DNA of 52,272 nucleotides from Trichomonas gallinae (taxonomy: Eukaryota), in contig MRSU01002382.1 in the NCBI GenBank assembly GCA_008369845.1, positions 1 to 52,272 on the forward strand, written 5' to 3'. The translations under genes were made by a program, and so were the position numbers. Below are positions 29,879-39,703 of the stretch, in pieces. The notes beneath the pieces were generated by a model that searched no databases, was not told the DNA's origin, and saw only the letters and a program-made list of their open reading frames with translations. Position 1 is the first letter of the stretch. Each line of letters opens with the position of its first letter.

Positions 29879-30541
29879 ATGAAAGAAGCTCAAAGAAGAA
29901 CTTGTCTAGAAATCGTTGATGACATCGCGAATCATCCACTTTCTTCACTTTTCAGGAAGCCAGTAGAAAAGGAAAAGTGGCCTCAATACTACGAAATCAT
30001 TGACGATCCACAAGATTTGGAAACAATCAAAAACAATCTCGTAAATAAAGATATTCGATCACTCAGAGAATTTAAGCGTGATATGAATCTTATATGGTCA
30101 AATGCAATCCATATAAATGGAAGAGATAGTTTTCCAGGAATATTTGCTGCCGAATTACAGAAAGTTTTCGATAAATTAATTCTCGACAAACTACCAACAT
30201 CAACGACAACATGGATGGAGCGCGTTAATTTTTATCAAAACAGAGTAAATAAATTAATTGGTAATCCACCAGAAAATATCTCAGAATCCATTCCAATAGA
30301 TGCATTGGAACCAAAATCATTAAATCCATTATCATCGGCCGAATATAAATCATTATTTACATCAGCGACAGAATTACCTAACGAAGATGACCGTAATGGA
30401 TTGTTTAAACTGCTCAAAAAGCCAAAATCGGTTATTGACCTTACACAACTTTCATTACAAACCTTACATTCAGGTCTTGATTTTGTCCGCGAAGTTACGA
30501 GCCAAAGAAAGCGTTCTGCAATTTCAGCTGCTGAAGAATAA
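29879..30541 (+). CDS. Bromodomain protein with C-terminal ET-like domain
   Basis: LFRKPV..WPQYYEIIDDPQDLETIKNNL...FKRDMNLIWSNAIHIN bromodomain. C-terminal IDLTQLSLQTL resembles an ET domain. TCATA lies immediately upstream of the ATG. Confidence 0.92.
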   Translation: MKEAQRRTCLEIVDDIANHPLSSLFRKPVEKEKWPQYYEIIDDPQDLETIKNNLVNKDIRSLREFKRDMNLIWSNAIHINGRDSFPGIFAAELQKVFDKLILDKLPTSTTTWMERVNFYQNRVNKLIGNPPENISESIPIDALEPKSLNPLSSAEYKSLFTSATELPNEDDRNGLFKLLKKPKSVIDLTQLSLQTLHSGLDFVREVTSQRKRSAISAAEE

Positions 30542-30745
30542 TAAATCTATGTGTTTGGATATACTAATTTACAAAACATTATTATTTTTATTTAATATTC
30601 ATGATTTTTGTGTGATCTCTATATGGCTATGAGTTCCTCTATGAAGAGGAAAGCAAATAATGTGATTGTTATTTTCATAATGCAAGGTAAATATAATTTT
30701 ATTAAATTTTTTTCAAATATAATTTCATGATCAAACAAATTAAGC

Positions 30746-32374
30746 TTAAAATCTCATTGTGCTCGTAGATTTTGGAACAACAATTTTTGGATTTCCGACA
30801 GAATTGCTTGTAGGTATAGTCCTCTTACGCGCGTCCTGAGTTTCCGCAACAGATGTAACTTTAGCAAATTTAAGCTGTATATCTGCTAGAACTCTTGCGA
30901 GATTTACAGTTTTATCAGATTTCGCTGCAGTTCTAGCTATAAGTGCCCATCCTTTATGTATCTTTTGGGCAGTCTCATCTTCTGCTTGGTTTCCTTTCTT
31001 AGCTTGCTGCGTTAATTCTTCAAATACGAAAGGATCCAAATCGTGCATCTGTTTAATTGCATTTAATGACGCGTTTTTAGTAGCTGGCTTCCAGTGCTCC
31101 TTCATGATGCGCTGATAAGCTGGATATACAATTGGAAATACATCATGGGTATTATCACTTATCATCTGTAGGATTTTTACGTTCGCCCATACTTGGAACG
31201 AAGTCTCAACAACCTTTGCGTGCTGAGATGTAGTCGCACATCGTGCATAAGTCTTAAATAACGGTTTGCACATAACAGAGAAATCTTCTAACGACAGCTT
31301 TTCGGCAAGTGAGTTGAGCAAGAAGAAGTAAGAGATTTGTTTTGAAGGCCTAGATTCGGGCCAATGATGTAAAGCTATTTCTAAAGTCGATTTTGTAGTC
31401 GTAGGCTTTATCGTTGCCATTGTTTCCACGATCTCGAGGAAGGCAGGGTAAATTGTCGCGTTATGTTGGCATGATATTAGCGGTAAAATTGAATTTGTCC
31501 AAATATTTTCCATAAGTGGCGATATTTCTTTTGTATTTTTAAGTTGTTCTGTATAGAATTTAAGAATTGGTAGTACAACGAACGGATAACCGCCGTCGTG
31601 ATATTCAACTAATTTATAAGCAAAATCTGTCATAACCGATTCAAGTTGATCGGGATAGGCTGCTACATATGCTGTAAAGAAGTTAAGAATGTAATCTCTT
31701 TCGTTTGGATCAGCGCTGCGAAGTAATGTACTTAATGTTTTTCGAAGTGTATGGTATCTATCATCCTGGGGCACCAACTTTTGGTAATTTTTAATGATTG
31801 TGTACACCAAGTTAAGATGCTGCCAGTTAATTTCGTAAATTAAAGGCTCGTCATCATAGCACAAATACTTTTTCTCGACAGGCGGAATAGAACGATTAAG
31901 ATTTGTGTATATCATGTTGAATAACGCGTCTATCGAGCTACTATCTAATACACCAAGTGCTTGTTCTGTGATTACGTCTGAAAGTTCTTTTAATGTCGCT
32001 GTTTTTGCGGGCTTTGCTTGTGTATCAGACTCATTATCCGTGAAGTCGCATAACACACAGCATTGCTCACACTTTTTAACGAAATTATCTATATCTTTTG
32101 TCGTGAATGGATTCGCGAATGGCGGAGTTTTCGTAAATTGGACATTAGTGTGAAACTGACGCTTCACAACAGGTGCCGTAGTCAAGTAGTTTGGTACGCC
32201 TTCATCAGCGATTGGTTCTTCCGAATTTGTATCTGTTCCGGTGAAATCTGTAATTGGTTTTAGAGCTTGCTGCTGGACAGTGTGATAAGATAGCTTCGAG
32301 AGCGCAATGGCACTGCTGCTTCGTTTACGACATGTTAAAAAAGAAGGCCGAACTATCGAATAACGAGCAAGCAT
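30746..32374 (-). CDS. Protein phosphatase 2A regulatory subunit B' (B56) family
   Basis: FVKKCEQCCVLCDF...KTATLKEL, WQHLNLVY, SADPNERDYI, HWPESRPSKQ, SQHAKVVE and EHWKPATKNASLNAIKQMHDLDPFVFEE are B56 signatures. Confidence 0.92.
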   Translation of the reverse strand: MLARYSIVRPSFLTCRKRSSSAIALSKLSYHTVQQQALKPITDFTGTDTNSEEPIADEGVPNYLTTAPVVKRQFHTNVQFTKTPPFANPFTTKDIDNFVKKCEQCCVLCDFTDNESDTQAKPAKTATLKELSDVITEQALGVLDSSSIDALFNMIYTNLNRSIPPVEKKYLCYDDEPLIYEINWQHLNLVYTIIKNYQKLVPQDDRYHTLRKTLSTLLRSADPNERDYILNFFTAYVAAYPDQLESVMTDFAYKLVEYHDGGYPFVVLPILKFYTEQLKNTKEISPLMENIWTNSILPLISCQHNATIYPAFLEIVETMATIKPTTTKSTLEIALHHWPESRPSKQISYFFLLNSLAEKLSLEDFSVMCKPLFKTYARCATTSQHAKVVETSFQVWANVKILQMISDNTHDVFPIVYPAYQRIMKEHWKPATKNASLNAIKQMHDLDPFVFEELTQQAKKGNQAEDETAQKIHKGWALIARTAAKSDKTVNLARVLADIQLKFAKVTSVAETQDARKRTIPTSNSVGNPKIVVPKSTSTMRF

Positions 32375-32810
32375 TATAATTTTTTTTTTGAATTCATTAT
32401 AATCGTTATAGAATATTTTATTATTTTTTTTTAGATTATCATATTTTGTTGATATATTATGATGGATTATGATTACTTAAAAACCAATTTTTTTTGTTTG
32501 TATCGCTTTTCTATTGCCGCAATTTTTATTCGCGAATTCTTGCAAGTTAATCGGCTTAAATAAATTAAAATAAGATAACAATTCGCTAAAGTTTTCGATT
32601 TTTGTTCCATCTGTAAAAAAAATTCAAAAAATTTAACAATCTTAATAATGAATGTCAATGTAGCAGTTTTGTATCGAGTTAATTTTTGAGAATAAAAATC
32701 AAAATGGGGTAAATCTAATCTCTATTATTAATATATCGTCCAAAAAACAATAGAATGAGATTACGATTTTTTTTCAATTGAATTCGTTATTTGTAAAAGA
32801 ATCATTATTC

Positions 32811-32935
32811 GCTTGTCATGTAAAATATAATTTTTGTCAATATTTGTCATGTAAATATAATTTATTGACAATACTTGTAATGTAAATATAATTTTTGACG
32901 TGATTTATCACGTAAATATCAATTTATTGACATAT
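32811..32935. repeat. Tandem array of four approximately 31-bp units containing TGTCATGTAAA
   Basis: Cores at 32814, 32845, 32876 and 32906 (the last two are variants), each followed by a TATAATTT..TTG(T/A)C-like tail. Confidence 0.9.
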
Positions 32936-33311
32936 TTTTGTTAATTTCACATTTTTCAATTCTACAAATTAACTTTCCAGCAATTGCATAATTAAAACAT
33001 CATTGTTTATATGAACTCTACCACATATATGATACATTAATCCCAGTATTGATCAAATTATTTATTTTCAATTGAAAAAATGCGATATTAAGTTCAGAAA
33101 CTTATTGAATTCATCATCAAATTCTTATATTTAGCGTTTACAATGATATTTTCATTAATAGATGACTGTATATTTTCCACTAAATTGATTATCCTTTATT
33201 AACTTTTATTGTTGAAGGACTGGTTTTCTCTATCAAAATATAGTAAGTATTTTATGAGAAAAAGGTTCTGGTATATAATTTTATTTATTTTGAAATATAT
33301 ATCTAAATTTT

Positions 33312-33878
33312 TTAGGCTTCTGACTTTTCTATATCATACTTGGTTCTCCATTGTCTTTTGAGTCTTGGAGATGAACGAATTCGCTTATTTACAAAATAAG
33401 TTCGAATTTGTTTATCATCGAGGCCTGTTTGCTTTTTAAGCAACATAACATCTTGTTTCTCAAGATATGGTTGCTGGATATGATCCTCAAACCATGTGTC
33501 AAGGATGCATTTTGCATTTTTATTAAATTTAGGTTTGTTTCTTGGATCTGCTATTGGTCTTGGTTCAAATATGTTTTTTCTAATATTCTCACACTTTTGG
33601 ATTGTGCATTTTGAAAATTTGATCTCATGCAATTTGATTCCTCCCTCTAAGAACTTTGTTTTCAATTCTGGGCTGATAGATGCAGATGACTCCGGTGTTT
33701 TTGTTTCTTCTTCGAATACAGGACACTCGAATGTTGATGGAAGGGTCTCAAAAGAAAAATAATCAATGCTTGTATCACTGATATGATTTGGGGGTTCATC
33801 CATCAACCAGCTATTCGAGTCAAGATCTTTTTCAATGTCAAAGCCATCGAAAAGATGTAGATCATCATGTGTCTCCAT
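33312..33878 (-). CDS. TALE-like (Homeobox KN) homeodomain protein
   Basis: ILDTWFEDHIQQPYLEKQDVMLLKKQTGLDDKQIRTYFVNKRIR shows WF..H...PY, TGL...QI and F.N.R. Acidic N-terminus. Confidence 0.85.
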   Translation of the reverse strand: METHDDLHLFDGFDIEKDLDSNSWLMDEPPNHISDTSIDYFSFETLPSTFECPVFEEETKTPESSASISPELKTKFLEGGIKLHEIKFSKCTIQKCENIRKNIFEPRPIADPRNKPKFNKNAKCILDTWFEDHIQQPYLEKQDVMLLKKQTGLDDKQIRTYFVNKRIRSSPRLKRQWRTKYDIEKSEA

Positions 33879-34286
33879 TAGTTATGAGTCATCGTTATTT
33901 AATGACTCCAATGTAATCTTTTATTTGGATTGAATAATTTTATTGTTTTTATGTTTAAATATTAAACGAGTAGATCACATACTTTGTAATATCATTGATT
34001 TTTCACGTCAATATCGAATTGATAAAATTACAAACAATAATAACATAAACTTATATGGTCAAAAGTAAAATTATATACATATGTTATATGAATTTGTTCT
34101 TAGGATATTTTTTTGGAATCTCGAAATTTATTTCCAAAATTATCAATATTTATACGGAAAAAAGTGAAATAATCCATATAATAGTTCTATTTTCCTCGAC
34201 AGATACTTTTTTTTATATATCTTCTGTCATGTAAATTTATATTTGCCAAGTAAAAGTTTATTGTCAGAAATATTCATTTTCATACA

Positions 34287-35159
34287 ATGTCGAAAATTGA
34301 AAAGATTCTTGGACCTAATTTAGTAAAAGACATGAAATACGAAACATTTGCAGGAACAACATCATACACAATTAGTACAAAAGTCACAAGATTTCGTTTT
34401 CCTTATTCTCTTTCTGAATCATTAAAAATTTCAAACAAATTCATTGTTTTCCAAATCTATAAGCGTATTGGCGAAAATGTATGCATAAATCTTAATATGA
34501 AGAACGATAATGATGATGTTGTAAAGGTTCAATTTGCAGGTCAAGCAAAAAACGTTAGAACTTCCCAAACCGTAACCACAGATACGATCGATGTGCCAGA
34601 CAACACATGGACAAACATATGTTTTGATCTTGAGTATATCATGACCAAATACTTTGATAATAACGTTTTCAAGTCTTTAGTCAGTTTTGAAATCATGCCA
34701 ACATGCCATATCAGATACGTGTTTGCTATACCATACCAGTTGATCCCAGAGAACAATGCAGCCGATTTACCGGAAGTTGTTAGATATAATGGACTTTCTT
34801 CAATGACAATATTGATTGGTGAGCGCAGAGAACAAACAGTTACAAAGGAAAGAACATCACGAATCCCAATTCGCCGTAAAACACCAACTACACCTCAATA
34901 TTCACATGTCCGCCCTGTAGAAGATACAAAACCGGCTGCTTTTACAAAAACAGTTCCTGATGATTCAGATAATGAAGAAGATACAGAGAGCGAAGATGCA
35001 TTCGGCACAACTCCTACAAGAAAATTATTCTCATCACAAAATAATCAAGATTTAGATGATAGTGAAGAAGAAATGGAGCTTATATACCTTGATGCTCTCG
35101 GATGTTATTATTGCCCTTCAAATCAGCAATATTATCAAATTGATGAGAGCAAAGTGTAG
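34287..35159 (+). CDS. CFAP20-domain (DUF667) protein, CFAP20DC/C3orf67-like
   Basis: N-terminal FRFPYS..ESLKISNKFIVFQIY...NTWTNICFDL...CHIRYVF (CFAP20 domain) and C-terminal ELIYLDALGCYYCPSNQQYYQI, which resembles the C3orf67 terminal motif. Initiator TCATTTT at 34274. Confidence 0.75.
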   Translation: MSKIEKILGPNLVKDMKYETFAGTTSYTISTKVTRFRFPYSLSESLKISNKFIVFQIYKRIGENVCINLNMKNDNDDVVKVQFAGQAKNVRTSQTVTTDTIDVPDNTWTNICFDLEYIMTKYFDNNVFKSLVSFEIMPTCHIRYVFAIPYQLIPENNAADLPEVVRYNGLSSMTILIGERREQTVTKERTSRIPIRRKTPTTPQYSHVRPVEDTKPAAFTKTVPDDSDNEEDTESEDAFGTTPTRKLFSSQNNQDLDDSEEEMELIYLDALGCYYCPSNQQYYQIDESKV

Positions 35160-35601
35160 ACGAATCAATGATCATCTTAGTTAAAATGTTATTTAAATTT
35201 TTGACATTCTATCTTTTTGCGATTAAATCTATTTCATGAGTATTGAAATTGAAAATTAGCATTTACTTGGAGAATATAAAATATTTAAAACCATAAGTTA
35301 AATATGAACATTACCTGATAGATTTTTAATATTAATTATGTTAATATTTTTTATTCAATATTAATTTTTCAACATTAAAGCTTGCTTTTAAAATATATTA
35401 TTATAACGATATATTATAGTCAAATGACGAATCTATGAAACATAATAAACTAATAAATACAGAGATTGAACATGAATTTTGGTAATTTTATGCGCAAAAT
35501 AAACAATAAGTTTTACATAATATTGATTTGCAATAATTTTGTTGAAAAAAATTGTAAAGTGTCACTTTTAAGATTTTTAAAAAGTAAACGTACGTTAAGC
35601 A

Positions 35602-36651
35602 ATGGATATTGATTCTCCTGAGCTTGCGCACCTATCACCAAACGAAAGGCAGCGCTTCATAGAAGAGACGCTGAAAAAGAAGCGCATACAGAGAATTGTT
35701 GAAGCACGCAAGCAGGCGAGCAAAATGACTGTAAATATCCAACAAAACTACAAAAAACAGAAACAGGATTATGACAATCGCCATAAAAACAAGAAAACAG
35801 CAGAAGAACTTGCTCCTTTGAAACAAGAAATCGAAAATTTAGAAAAACGAATTAAATATAATGAAGAAAATCGCAAGAAAGCTTATATTGATGCACAAGA
35901 AAACGAAAACAACAATATTCAGCGCCAGAAAGAGCTCGAAATCCTACAGAAGAAGCGCGAGAAAGAAGCTTTAGATCGTTATAACGAAGGCCTTGTTTAT
36001 ATTAGAGATAATGACCCGAATATACCAATAAAAATGCGCCAGGATAGAATTGTCGCCGCCAAGAAAGAATATAACGAAAAACAAGATATTTATGTTTCAA
36101 AGCGCAAGAAACTCGTCGAAAAGATGGAAAACGAAGAAAGGGAAAGAGAACAAAACGAAAAACAAGATTACAACGACAAAATGCATCCTAAGTTATCTAT
36201 CGAAGATTATTCTCGAACAAACATTCACGCGGGTATCGGCATCATTCCAGTTAATAAAGAGGCAGATAAATATAAGCAAGAGCTGGATAACTACGCCAAA
36301 CAAGAAGTAGAAAACGAAAAGAAGAGGTTTGAATCGAAGCGACGTAGAACAAGAGAAGCCTTGAATGACGTCAAGTTTGAAGACGAAGTAGCAATGCTTG
36401 AGAAGGAGCTCCAGCTCATCGAGCAGCAGGAGGTTGACGCCTCCCTCAAGGCAATCGCTGATGGCACGTCAAAGGTAAGAGACCAGTATTGCTTCGCTGA
36501 AAAGAGAATCCAGAAACAAGAGAAGATGAAGAAAATTTGGCTGGCCGTTGATGATGAGCCTAAGCCTCGAGGACCTGCTCCTCAGCCAGAACCATATAGA
36601 GCTCCATCGCCAACCAGCTCATACAGCTCAATCACAGCGAGCTTCCAGTAA
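35602..36651 (+). CDS. Coiled-coil protein with CEP295/Ana1-like N-terminal motif
   Basis: 349 aa, coiled-coil composition. LSPNERQRFIEETLKKKRIQRIVEARKQ resembles the CEP295 N-terminus as recalled (LSPNEEA..L.E.YERRRKLRLLQVREQ). The CDS is secure; the family call is tentative. Confidence 0.6.
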   Translation: MDIDSPELAHLSPNERQRFIEETLKKKRIQRIVEARKQASKMTVNIQQNYKKQKQDYDNRHKNKKTAEELAPLKQEIENLEKRIKYNEENRKKAYIDAQENENNNIQRQKELEILQKKREKEALDRYNEGLVYIRDNDPNIPIKMRQDRIVAAKKEYNEKQDIYVSKRKKLVEKMENEEREREQNEKQDYNDKMHPKLSIEDYSRTNIHAGIGIIPVNKEADKYKQELDNYAKQEVENEKKRFESKRRRTREALNDVKFEDEVAMLEKELQLIEQQEVDASLKAIADGTSKVRDQYCFAEKRIQKQEKMKKIWLAVDDEPKPRGPAPQPEPYRAPSPTSSYSSITASFQ

Positions 36652-36859
36652 TGTTGTATTTTTATTTAAAATTAATCTTGTTATATATAATATTTTTATA
36701 CCAAGCATCTAATTACCTCAAAATGTCATTAAAACTCAAAAATTTATTCAATTTTTAAATTAATTTATAGATATGTTTAATAATATACTAAAAACAACTT
36801 TTATAAGGATGGTGACATGTATTTGACGTGGCTACAGGCTTTTGAAGAAAATATAAATT

Positions 36860-37702
36860 TTATACTTTGATTTTTGCGGATGAAGCGAAAGATTCTATTC
36901 CACAGTGATTTTTGCCTCTGTATATCTTCATGGTACCATTAATTCCCCATTTGGTTCCATATGAATTTTGAACAAGCCAATAAGGGATTCCTCCTTCAGA
37001 ACCCCAACCATAGATAACAGCAGCATGTTGAAAACTTGATTCTTCTGTGTTTAGCACGGATTTATAAATTCCTGAGCGATAATTTCCAATATCATAACCA
37101 ATATCAAGAATTGCAGCAACAGGACCGTTTTGAGTGATTTCATTTCTTATCTCATCCTCACCATAGAAAACTTTTTGACTGTTTTTCATTATATAATATT
37201 TTGTACAATTATTATCAATACAAGGAGCAGTCAAATTAAAAGGATGACATTTTGTTTCAGGGAGCCCATTAAACTGAATATAACGCCATGAAAACAATAC
37301 ATTTCCGCCGGAATTGGAAGAAAAAATATCGCAACTACCAATGGGTTGAGGATTTAAGATAATTTGTTTTCCAATGTGTTTACAATACCTTAGTGATAAT
37401 GATATTGCTGGTGCTATGGCAAAACACATGCTAGTTCTTTCTTGATCAAAAGAATCAAATCTGCAAAATGGAAATTCTTCAAAAAAATCATATGATGACG
37501 TATTATTAGTGTCTCTACTTTCAGGAATTATGGCTTTAAATCGACCTAGATAAGTTTCTGATTGAAATGAAAGTGGAACAAGGCGTGTATTGTATTTAAC
37601 TAGTTTCGGATATTCAGTGGCTTCCCATGAAACATTTTCGATCGAGTTGATATAGTCTGCGAACTCTTTAGAAGCAAAACTATAACAGATTAGCGAGAAG
37701 AT
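36860..37702 (-). CDS. Papain-family (C1A) cathepsin-B-like cysteine peptidase; ATC in place of the expected ATG (possible pseudogene)
   Basis: DQERTSMCFA (oxyanion Gln and catalytic Cys), EITQNGPV, YRSGIY, QHAAVIYGWG (His), PYWLVQNSYG (Asn) and NHCGIES. There is no in-frame ATG before the codon adjacent to the catalytic Cys (37429). Confidence 0.85.
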   Translation of the reverse strand: MFSLICYSFASKEFADYINSIENVSWEATEYPKLVKYNTRLVPLSFQSETYLGRFKAIIPESRDTNNTSSYDFFEEFPFCRFDSFDQERTSMCFAIAPAISLSLRYCKHIGKQIILNPQPIGSCDIFSSNSGGNVLFSWRYIQFNGLPETKCHPFNLTAPCIDNNCTKYYIMKNSQKVFYGEDEIRNEITQNGPVAAILDIGYDIGNYRSGIYKSVLNTEESSFQHAAVIYGWGSEGGIPYWLVQNSYGTKWGINGTMKIYRGKNHCGIESFASSAKIKV

Positions 37703-37914
37703 TTTCTCAAAAATGAATTTTTCATGACTCAAACAATAACTTAGTACAAATCAAAGCTATTCCCTAAAATAAATACATTAATTACTCATTATATTATTTT
37801 TTAAATTTTTTAATTTGCTCTAAATCCAAAATGAATACTCATATTGTTGTTATAGCGTACAAGAATTAAAACCTTTAATGAAATTTAATTAAAAACAAAA
37901 GAAAAATTACAAAG

Positions 37915-38622
37915 TTAATATCTGACTGAATATACAGTTTTTGTTCTGACATGCTGCTCTTCAAGTGTCTTTTCACGCACTAAAACAGTGCCGTAAGGAT
38001 CAACAATTTGGTATTGGTCTTCAGCGAGTGAATTTGTTGTAGGTTTCATCTGATTAAACACTGATCTATATACTTGTTCACCCATAGTATCTGGAGGGAA
38101 ATTGAACTTAATTCTTCCATTGTTTGTCATGAAAGCCATAATTATCTGGTCTTGACTTTGTGTTGGCAACTGCGAATTGCCTTCTTCTATTGGTTGGATG
38201 ATTTGTGGTGTTGGAACATCTTCATTATGCGTACTTGGCTGCTCATGTATTTCTTCTTCTTCATGAGCTTGTTCTTCCTCTTCTTGCTCTTGTCTACGTA
38301 GTGCTGCTTGCTCAGCTAAATAGTATAGACGATCTTGTTCGCTTCTAATATCACCAGACGTTTCTAATGGATTTTGCGTTGATTTCTTTTTAGGAGAAGC
38401 AACTTTTAATGTCTTTTTAATATCGTACTTAAGTAGTTCTTCGATTTTCTTCTGTGTATTGTCGATTGCATATAATAATCTGTTAACTTTTACATCAACT
38501 GGAGATAAAACTTGCTGATCATTGGTATTAGGAAGAGGAATTTGATTCATTGCAGTATCTAGAGAGTCCTGTATAGCATTTCTCATCGCTTCTTCTTCAT
38601 TGTAAGGTCCATTAAGATACAT
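37915..38622 (-). CDS. UIM plus C-terminal ubiquitin-like/UBX-type domain protein
   Basis: EEEAMRNAIQDSL is UIM-like. The C-terminal IIMAFMTNNGRIKFNFPPDTMGEQVY...KTLEEQHVRTKTVYSV resembles a beta-grasp fold. Start could be 38622 or 38652. Confidence 0.6.
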   Translation of the reverse strand: MYLNGPYNEEEAMRNAIQDSLDTAMNQIPLPNTNDQQVLSPVDVKVNRLLYAIDNTQKKIEELLKYDIKKTLKVASPKKKSTQNPLETSGDIRSEQDRLYYLAEQAALRRQEQEEEEQAHEEEEIHEQPSTHNEDVPTPQIIQPIEEGNSQLPTQSQDQIIMAFMTNNGRIKFNFPPDTMGEQVYRSVFNQMKPTTNSLAEDQYQIVDPYGTVLVREKTLEEQHVRTKTVYSVRY

Positions 38623-38677
38623 TAGTCCTAATTTTAAACAGACACTTTTCATACATTTTACAAAGCAAAATATATAA

Positions 38678-38907
38678 TTTACATGACATTTCCATTATCT
38701 ACATGACAGAATAAAAATTACATGACATTTTCATGATCTACATGACAAATCTGTTTTACAAAACCTTACAAATTTTACGACTTTATTATCCTCCCATTCA
38801 TCACTCTTTGAGATTTATTATCTGTTCCTACTACAGAAGGTTATTTTCATATTTTTTGAACTTAACCGAATTTATTTTACATGACAATTTTATTATTTTA
38901 CAAGACA
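38678..38907. repeat. Array of (T/A)(T/C)TACATGACA elements upstream of the UIM-UBL gene
   Basis: Copies at 38678, 38698, 38717 and 38737 (19-20 bp spacing), plus 38876 and a variant at 38897. Confidence 0.9.
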
Positions 38908-39703
38908 AAATGTATTTTTACAAAACCATATAAAAATACCACTTTTTTAAAAACTTTCCACTCGCAACTCTATTAGATTTATTATCTATTCCTAATACAG
39001 AAAATAATTTTCATATTTTTGTGGTCTAAAGTTGCATTTTCGATACAATCGCGAAATAATATGACCGAATTTTGGAAATTATGCACTGGCATATTTGTGA
39101 TGTACGGTCCGAGTCAGAAATATTACGATCATGCAAATATTTTGATTGGGAATTAATTTTGAAAGAAAAGTCGACGGTTGATCAGTTTTTTGACTAAAAC
39201 ACTAACAATAACCTCAGGAGTATCACAACTATGATAAATTCAGCAGCCATATTCGTTCATCATGAATGTCAAATTTTTAAATTTATTTGAGTCGCAAGAT
39301 CGAGAAAAATCGTTTCTGATCTCAGAATATGATATTAAACCAATTCATTAAGTTTTAAGTCGTTTATGAATGGTTTTTCCATTTCCTCCATAATTTTTGT
39401 GACTAATTTTAACTAGTTTGCCTATTTTCATAAATTATGGATATTGGTCGTTATTAATAAACAAGAAAATTTTAATTGCACAGTTTATTATCAAATGCGA
39501 TGTGTAACTATATTAAAAAACCCAAAAATGACCTAAAACATTGTTATTTTGATTTTGACAACTGACGATATTTAATCGTTCAAAAATTTATTAAGTCGTA
39601 ATCCTCTTTTTTTAATATGGCCAATAACCGCCATATTTTAATTTTAAAAATTACTCTTATCACAAAATTCAATTTCATTGTCAATTAATTTGATTTATTC
39701 AAA

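Noticed and set aside
32051..32060. TAACACACAG resembling the trichomonad intron 3' motif ACTAACACACAG
   Set aside because: It lies antisense within the B56 CDS, lacks the leading AC, and is explained by the CCVLC codons.
27000..32374. LisH-RasGEF near a PP2A B56 gene, reminiscent of the Dictyostelium Sca1 RasGEF/PP2A complex
   Set aside because: Both families are expanded in trichomonads, so adjacency is uninformative.
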